DNA of 63,917 bases, the filler included, from Perkinsus chesapeaki ATCC PRA-425 (taxonomy: Eukaryota; Protista; Perkinsozoa): NCBI GenBank assembly GCA_013115145.1. It is 11 parts of 11 records of this genome, joined end to end, with 100 filler letters (N's around TTAATTAATTAA, not from the genome) between each part and the next. Parts side by side here need not be neighbours in the genome. Positions count along the whole stretch, not along the records: positions 54,106 to 58,812 come from JAAPAO010001239.1; positions 58,913 to 61,701 come from JAAPAO010001524.1; positions 61,802 to 62,817 come from JAAPAO010002280.1; positions 62,918 to 63,917 come from JAAPAO010002294.1; 7 more parts are not named here. One strand, given 5' to 3'. The notes beneath the pieces are model-generated. The model searched no databases. It was not told where the DNA came from and saw only the letters and a program-made list of their open reading frames with translations. Within the stretch, counting starts at the first letter, position 1. Each line of letters opens with the position of its first letter. Shown one piece after another: positions 56,554 through 63,917 of this stretch. The position numbers and the translations under genes are program-made.

Positions 56554-58661
56554 CATTGGTGCACTGGCTCAGCTAATCATCCATCGCTACGTAACCTGTG
56601 TCTACATCTTATACTACAGTGTTGACCATATGATACGGGCCATATTTCTTGTTATTTTTCATATTCATGGCGATACTGAACGTCGCCTGAATGATGAAAA
56701 CTGTTGTGTGATGTTACATCATCATGTACACCTGTATCATGTATGTGTCATCATGCATATCCATTATATAATCATTCAGGATTGGCAAACCATCAGGCTG
56801 ATTGTACCAGCTATAACACATGCACTTCAATGCTTGTGCTTTTCAATATCCTGCCTATGAGTTCCCTAGTCACTTAGCTCTTGACTGACATCGTTACCAC
56901 CTTGTAGCTTTGAGTTGGTTAAATAAGGTTAACTCAGTACACTCCGGTTCAGCCCACCAGGGATATATGCTTATCTAGCTTTGTTTTGCGCTGGTGTTCG
57001 TAGCTTTCGGATGGAAAGAGAAATACACAATTGATTTAAAGATCACCGAAAGCTTCGATGCAAATACTGACTGTATAATACAGTAATTTATACTGTAGAT
57101 GGCTAGATTAAAGCCATCGGCTGAGAGGGGGCGATGATCGCCCGGCGATCCGTCGGCACTACCGACTCGGTAGCACCGGCCGACCGACTCAGTACCTCAA
57201 TTGAATACGGAGTATCGAGACTCCCGATTCGGAAGGCTGCCAGTCTTGTTGCAAACCATGTGACATGGGCAGTCCATGTTTTCGCACGCTACCATTTTCT
57301 CATCAAATTCGTCCAATGATAACAAATCGTAAGTTGCGATTCGTAAATTACGAATCGTAATAACTGAGTTATTATAACTCTCCCACCGCTACTTATAATG
57401 AGAGGGTGTCACCCTCGGGGTGGTCTGGCCCAGACCGTCTGGGTGAAGGGGCCAGACGCCGCTGTTTGCTGTCTTGGCAAGCGAACAACTTGCTGGCTTA
57501 TATCAAACCTTAGCCTGCAGAGTGTGTTGCCCAGACGGGCAATACGGGATAACGGATAACGTCCCAGTGGATAACGTCACAGTGTAGATGGAACACTACT
57601 GTACCGCTGTATGAGGCTGTTTGATGTGGCCGGTTTGTTGTTGATGATTAGCTATTATATTTTCAAAGTACCGCTGTATGAGGCTTTAGCAAAGCCGCTT
57701 CATGATCGATTTATACTCAGGCGTTTTTTATTTGAAATAAATTATTTCTTGTTTCTGGCTCAAACATTATGACTATACGGACTAAATCAGCGATCATCCG
57801 GGCAGAACTAGTGCTGACTTAGCACTGCTACATATGAACAAGTCCCCAGATGCCGTACCGCGACATCTCTCTTGTGCGACACCCGTTATGCGTGCGTGCC
57901 ACGGACTGTGGCCCACGGTTTCTTTGCTAATTTTAAGGTAAGCTGCTGACCGTTGCATCTGTAGCAGTGGCCGTCTTAGTCGAAGATCTCCATACCCTTC
58001 CGCAGCAAAGAGGCTTGAAATGACAATAGTGCAGCAACAACTACTGAAAAATCTACACCCCCGTTATTGGCGCACATCCTCGTGCGCCACCCGCTCGAAT
58101 TGTAGGCCAATGGTTGTGCATGCGTGCTGGAAGATTCACGTCTTCAATGAGATGTGAATCTTCACATAGTGAGCTCGAAAGGACAATAAAGCTCTCACCG
58201 CCTCATGCTCGCTATCATGAACGAACGACCAGCAGGAGGGGTTGATCAAATCTTCTACACACCTTCAAAAAGTGCATCTACAAGCGACGGAGCTTTTGGA
58301 AGGTGTCACACCAAGGCGGTGACACCAACTGACCAAAACAACTTCAACGACCGGCTACCTTATCGTCGAACTGCTCATAGGCGCTATCAAACAAACGGTC
58401 CGTACTCAGGACTGATAAGCTTCGGGCGCTTTGCCTATCCAAGGTTCCGAGTTTACCATGATTATGTTTAATAACCTATTGTGCCATATACGGCCAAACT
58501 CGCCAAATTGTGGAGCCTCGTGCGCATGCGTGCACCTAAGGAGTCGCTAAACAGCATGCCATAAAACGCCATGTGAAGGGCTTTTGACCTGTCATTGCTA
58601 GAGGCCGCGCTGAATCAACTCACCTCAGGTTTAACTTCTCTCATTATTTCGTTACTTGACT

Positions 58662-58812
58662 ATGCTATCTGTACTTATGTTCCTTATCGCCCTCGTGGGT
58701 GATACTTTGGCTTTCAAGCCAAGCAACATGCGCATGCACGTGTCAACTAGGAATTTCTGTAACAAAGATGTGAAGGATGTCCACGGTAACCCTGCTCCCT
58801 GTGGCAAGTCCA
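58662..58812 (+). CDS. 5' end of a secreted protein, truncated by the gap
   Basis: Signal-peptide-like MLSVLMFLIALVGDTLA; frame open into the linker. Confidence 0.5.
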
Positions 58813-58992
58813 NNNNNNNNNNNNNNNNNNNNNNNNNNNNNNNNNNNNNNNNNNNNTTAATTAATTAANNNNNNNNNNNNNNNNNNNNNNNNNNNNNNNN
58901 NNNNNNNNNNNNCGTATTTGCCGTGGAGTTTTTCACATGCTTTTGCGAACTAACTTACACATGAACTACATAGAAGGCATAATCTGATCGGT

Positions 58993-59064
58993 TCCGCGGT
59001 AGTATAGAGGTTAGTATTCCTGCCTGTCACGCAGGAGACCCGAGTTCAATTCTCGGCCGTGGAA
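58993..59064 (+). tRNA. trnD-GTC: tRNA-Asp(GTC)
   Basis: TCCGCGG/CCGTGGA acceptor stem, anticodon arm CCTGC-CTGTCAC-GCAGG, GAGTTCAATTCTC T arm, 72 nt. Confidence 0.95.
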
Positions 59065-59174
59065 TTCACGTTTTGCTTCAGGACGTATTAGACCCGCGCA
59101 ACATTGCAAATTGTAATTGACCATCAGGATATGCCAACCTCCCGGCTGAGGAGCGGTCAATTCAGTGCGCATTT

Positions 59175-59250
59175 CTCGTTCTGTCTCCGAGATTCGAACC
59201 TTGACCTACGCTATGAGAGACCACAATCCAAACCAATGACACTATTATCA
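59175..59250 (-). pseudogene. Degenerate tRNA-Glu(CTC)-like relic
   Basis: Minus strand reads TAGTGTCATTGGTTTGGATTGTGGTCTCTCATAGCGTAGGTCAAGGTTCGAATCTCGG. A/B boxes present, stems broken. Confidence 0.45.
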
Positions 59251-59401
59251 CCTCAGTTTCTGAGGTGATTTTACCAGATTTTTTTTGGGTGAAGGAACAG
59301 ATGACGGTTGGTTTCTTGAAGATTAGTTTATCTTTAGGTTTCCTCAGGTGTCTCGGAAGAGTGCAAGAAATGCAAATCTCATTTTGAGGGCACGGTAAAG
59401 G

Positions 59402-59833
59402 GTGATGAGAGAGAGAGTAGATCATGAAAATGCGGAAGATGTGGTTTTGGTACCCCTACCAAATGAAGGAATGAATGAGTTATCAACATATACTTCTACC
59501 AGTGATCTCGAAGGTGCTTTGTCTTACTTTTATTGTGCGTATGGATTGTATTTAGATGAAATATCCCGGTTACCTATTGAGGCTGTATTGGATATCGCCG
59601 TTACCTGCGCTAACCTGGGTTTTTATAATGTTTGTATACTTTTACACTATGCTCGAAGCTATGGTTTCTCTGCCATCGAGACTGTAGTCGAGGCCTGCAT
59701 GAATCATACTAAGGCGGGAGTGCCGAATCACGCTGTTGATCAAGGAAAGCACGGCTATCCAAATATTAACAAGCCTATGTTTATACGGAAATCGACAGAC
59801 ACGGTAAGAAGTTGTTGCCGATTAACTACGTAG
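59402..59833 (+). CDS. Hypothetical ORF or pseudogene fragment
   Basis: 143-aa ORF with protein-like composition; no family recognised. Confidence 0.3.
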   Translation: MMRERVDHENAEDVVLVPLPNEGMNELSTYTSTSDLEGALSYFYCAYGLYLDEISRLPIEAVLDIAVTCANLGFYNVCILLHYARSYGFSAIETVVEACMNHTKAGVPNHAVDQGKHGYPNINKPMFIRKSTDTVRSCCRLTT

Positions 59834-61184
59834 TTCTCTACACTTTGATTTTAAGTTCTACTCAGATACTTGAGGAAAGCTCTAGACGTGACAAGGCTAA
59901 GAAGAGAAATCGTGATGAAGAAATTACACCTAAGCCTAGGAAGGTCAGTATGCATTTGAGTGGTTTTACTGTGTTCGAGCACGTGATAGGCATACCGAGA
60001 AGTGTCGGGTGCCCTTTTCGGAATTAGTGAATCGAGACAGACCGAGAGGAGAGCTGACCCAATACCTGGCCAAATTTTCAACAAGCCAAATTATGGACAT
60101 GTAAGTTTATTTCGCTTCAGATATGTTCAGTGTTTGCTCATGCTCAGCCGTCTAATTTTAAGGAGCAGTTAACGGTGCAAAATCGGAACCGGAAGAAGAC
60201 TGGAAAACGTAGACAAAGTGTATTTCAGCCAGTTGAAACAATTATTACTATATTTTAGGTTGATAAAGAACCGGATAAAGGATTACGGGAGTTGCAAGAA
60301 GTTCCTAGAAACTCTAGGGTTTCCTTTGTATTGTTTTCACAAGTTATCTGTTACAACTTTATTAGTGGAGTGTTTAGTTGGACCTAGTAAAGTCGGCACT
60401 TTGTGTCGAGATTAGTTTACTTTGCACCTGTGAATTTACGTTTATAAGGTAAATAAGTGGTTTACGAAACAAGTATTAACTATTAAGTTTAATCTGACGA
60501 CACGTCAGGCGGGTCCGTGTATCATCAGTTTTCTACCCTCTATTGACCACTAACACAGTAATATTACGATCTTCAAAGGAAAATTATACAAATGAGTATA
60601 CTAGTTGAGGAACAATATATTTTACTTAGGTACATTAAGACTACTAGATATTAGTAAATAGTCCAACTATGATTTAACTTTTCTACATTTCCCATCGACT
60701 TTCCCTTCAGACTTTCTTGGACGACTCCCCAGCACTCGGCATATGCCCATACTCGTCTTTTCTTACCCGTTAACGGGCACAAGTTGTCACCGGTAATTGT
60801 TAACTCTTCGCCGTCACGTAAACCTTGTATGTGCTAGTAGCGAAGGTCCTCATCCTCTGTGTCTGAGTCATCTCCGTCAACCGATGGATCTTCATCACAC
60901 CAACAATCTTCTATCTTGGTCACTTTATATCTCTGCCGCGTGTTGTGCGGGAGACAAGTTGTGCCAAGAGAATACCTGGTCACCTACGGCTACTGGCAGC
61001 ATAATGTCAAAGGGAGAATCGGATATGGTATACCCGACTAGGGACTCGAAGGGCTTCACCAGCAAATAGATTACTCAATTAGGGACTTCACAACCGAAAA
61101 CCTTCTTAAGGCATAAAGGAAATAAAGAACAAACTGACAAACATAATCTGCAAGACACAATAAAGTTTGCCAATTTCTGAGTGA

Positions 61185-61286
61185 TTGGGTCTGAAGCACT
61201 AGCGTCAAATCGAGCAAGCTACGCTTTGAAGCACTAATCGATTTTTAGCGTAGTGTGATCGATTTGACGCTAGTGCTTCAACCCAA
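61185..61286. repeat. Fold-back element with perfect 22-bp arms
   Basis: TGAAGCACTAGCGTCAAATCGA (61192-61213) and its reverse complement (61259-61280), extendable by TTGGGT/ACCCAA. Inner CTACGCT/AGCGTAG pair. Confidence 0.9.
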
Positions 61287-62917
61287 ACTCTTGTGAAACA
61301 TTATTCATAAATTTATTTGTTAGGTTTTCTTTTTATGCCTTACCGCAATAACCATAACCAACGTCGGGCAAGGCAATGGGCAAATCGCCATAATAGCTCA
61401 GGCGGCGTAAATGAAAGCCAGCTGATGGCGCTGGCTGGTTTCTGTCGTACATTGCTACGAGAAACCAGTTGGGCCAGCGCCCAGATGAGCGGCGCCGCCC
61501 CGGTATCTGCTCCCCCTAACCATTTAGGCTAAGTAATTAGTTGCCAGGCGAGTTATCATTTAGGCGAGGACATTTAGGCCTTCTCGAGAGTAGGCCAAAT
61601 AAGCGAACCGGATAAAACATTTCATTTTTCGCAGTATAGGTGTTGAGGGAAACCGTACCTCAGGAACCATTGGGTGTAGAGGTCGAGAGCTGTGGTCGCC
61701 GNNNNNNNNNNNNNNNNNNNNNNNNNNNNNNNNNNNNNNNNNNNNTTAATTAATTAANNNNNNNNNNNNNNNNNNNNNNNNNNNNNNNNNNNNNNNNNNN
61801 NTGCATTGGTTGATCCTAGTATTAGTACTAGTTGATTGATGCTCCTACTGAGTATAATCAGTAGTAGTAGAGCCTACTACCGAGAATCTATGGTTAACAC
61901 AGCCTAGAGCTATTCACTTAGCCTAGAGTGTTCCGGCCTTTTGATTTTTGTCATTACCCGAGTTCGAATTTGATAACTTACGCGGTGTAGGACTAACCTC
62001 TAACCAACATGCCATGGTGGAATTGAATAAGAGCTCAAATATTCTGTTTATACATATTCATCAGGGTTCTATTAAATGGATTAAATGGATACAAACAGAC
62101 TATACAATATAGGGGTACTATGCGTAGGAGTGATGTACAGTGATGTACAGGAGACTATGTGGAGAATCACGTTGTCCGAGAATCACGTTTCTCAGTCCAC
62201 TGGGAAGCTGTCGCGAGGCTGAACGAGTCGCTCAGAGCGACGAGCGATGGCTCTTCAGTTCCAAATCGTAAGTGCTGATCGGAACTTACTGACCGAAGCA
62301 TCGACGTGATGCTCCGATCTACTTGAGCTCATTGTCGGTCAGAAATTCTGACTCAGAATCAGCTGCGAGAATCTACGTGAGATCGTATTCAATGGTGTTT
62401 TCATTGGATGTCACCCAAGTTGCCGCCACTCATTTGATGTCATGCATGAGGCCCATGCAGCATGGGTATAGTATACGCTGTATACCCTATTGCGGACTAT
62501 CTGGGGAATACTGAGCAAATAACACCCCACAATAGTGGGCCTTAGCATTAAGCCTCTCTCAATAAGCCTCCGGAATGGCAACTCCAGTAATCGGAATACA
62601 AATGGCTTCCCAGCCCCACCCACCTGATCGCTTACCCCGTCACCCGTTCGTCACTTGGCCTGTCTTCTGGGATCCCAATCACTATTACTGATGTGGGGTT
62701 CGGGGTCCCAGAGTATGAGGTTGGAAAAGCAAGTGACACTTGCAAACCGTAAGACTACTGCTATCCAAAAAGTACAAGGGTGAATATAACCTCGATACTG
62801 TAGCCGTGTTATTGTTCNNNNNNNNNNNNNNNNNNNNNNNNNNNNNNNNNNNNNNNNNNNNTTAATTAATTAANNNNNNNNNNNNNNNNNNNNNNNNNNN
62901 NNNNNNNNNNNNNNNNN

Positions 62918-63212
62918 GCCCTTGGGCTCAAAACCCCCGGACCTAATGACGGTCTGGGAGGGAGAGGTGGGAAGAAAGGAGTCGGGACGTCAGCGCGGAT
63001 ACCATCCTCATCTCGCCAGGCATCTAGGTGACTGTGCCATGTGCGCCGCGCTCTGGTGATCGATTGTCTGTGAACAGCTATCCGCCTACTTTACGCACGC
63101 ACACCACCCTCCGGTTGCTGAGTGCGCCTCATAAACTAGGCGGTCCGTGCTCACCAGACGAGGGGGGGAGGAGCGCGCGACCGGCCCTGCGAGGGGTTTT
63201 GAGCCCAAGGGC
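62918..63212. mobile_element. MITE-like element with perfect TIR of at least 20 bp; left end cut by the gap
   Basis: GCCCTTGGGCTCAAAACCCC (62918-37) and GGGGTTTTGAGCCCAAGGGC (63193-63212). TSD not testable. Confidence 0.6.
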
Positions 63213-63917
63213 ACTCAGCTAGGTCCGCCGTCGCTCGCGCCCGCCGCTTAGCTGTAGATTATTATAGCACGCTTGCACATACTGTGTGCCACGTAGACTG
63301 CGCAGAATCCTACAACACGCTTACCCTATCATCTGCCATAGTAGTTCTCATTTTTTAACGAGCTTAGAGCGGGAAAGGATCGCTCGCATGACGGAGTACT
63401 TGTAGGCAGGCAGAGACTCTCTGCTCCTGCCAGAGACCAGCATGTCCAGGAACACTGGAGTGGGCCAAAAGCGTTTCAAGCGACCGAGAAGTGAAACCAC
63501 GTCAACACGCGTGCAATGTTGGAGGTGTTGAAGGTATTGGCCATAGCTGACACATAGCAGAGTATCTGAATCTTATTGTTGTTCTGTATACACCACTCGT
63601 CAGAAGCTGTGTTGGTACCTTGCGTTCTACCAGTAACAGAAGAATTACCCTTGCTCGCAATAGAGGATCCTATCGTAACACGCGTGCCAATTGGCACTGC
63701 CCATGGCGTATTGGATTTAAAAGTTTATTAGCCCTCGGCGGTCTAGGTCTGCCCCGACCTTGCCTCTCCACTGCCACCGTGGCAGTGCAACGGACTCAGC
63801 TACGCCACTGATTCTTATCAGGTTGGTCTCCTCTGGGGTGGAGGAGACATGTTAATGCTTTCTTCCTTCTTTCGGGGGAGGGCATGTACTCTCTAGAGTA
63901 GCTTGTTCGACGGGCGT

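Noticed and set aside
18779-62917. Regularly recurring TTAATTAATTAA as a biological repeat or array
   Set aside because: Always centred in identical 100-bp N blocks; it is a six-frame-stop assembly linker. ORFs translated into X runs are artefactual at those ends.
1-63917. Spliced-leader RNA gene, rRNA or viral genes
   Set aside because: No CCGTAGCCAT(C/T)TTGGCTCAAG-like leader, rRNA signature or viral hallmark protein was seen on either strand by eye.

Overview
Eukaryotic draft-assembly DNA, most likely from a Perkinsus-like alveolate (inferred from short GT-AG introns, flagellar genes and Perkinsus-type secreted families). It is not one contiguous locus: ten artificial 100-bp linkers (44 N + TTAATTAATTAA + 44 N) join 11 contig pieces, so adjacency across linkers is not evidence. 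Contig 1 (1-18778) is gene-dense and holds a PH-like/DysF membrane protein, a MORN (RSPH1-like) gene, TMEM231, a PUB-domain gene, an amino-acid transporter, three tandem Cys-rich mucin-like paralogues and retroelement debris including a 5'-truncated LINE. Later contigs carry a PAM2 low-complexity gene, secreted orphans, a MATE transporter, GCP3, a tandem cNMP-binding gene with an intronic tyrosine-recombinase relic, PP2A catalytic subunit, tRNA-Thr(AGT), tRNA-Asp(GTC), a MITE and many palindromes and satellites. The best lead is the PUB-domain gene: it ends in a SelK/SelS-like GG-UGA-G motif, and about 100 nt downstream lies a canonical AUGA/AAA/GA SECIS hairpin. This makes it a candidate unrecognised soluble, p97-binding selenoprotein. 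All domain calls are by eye; no searches were run.
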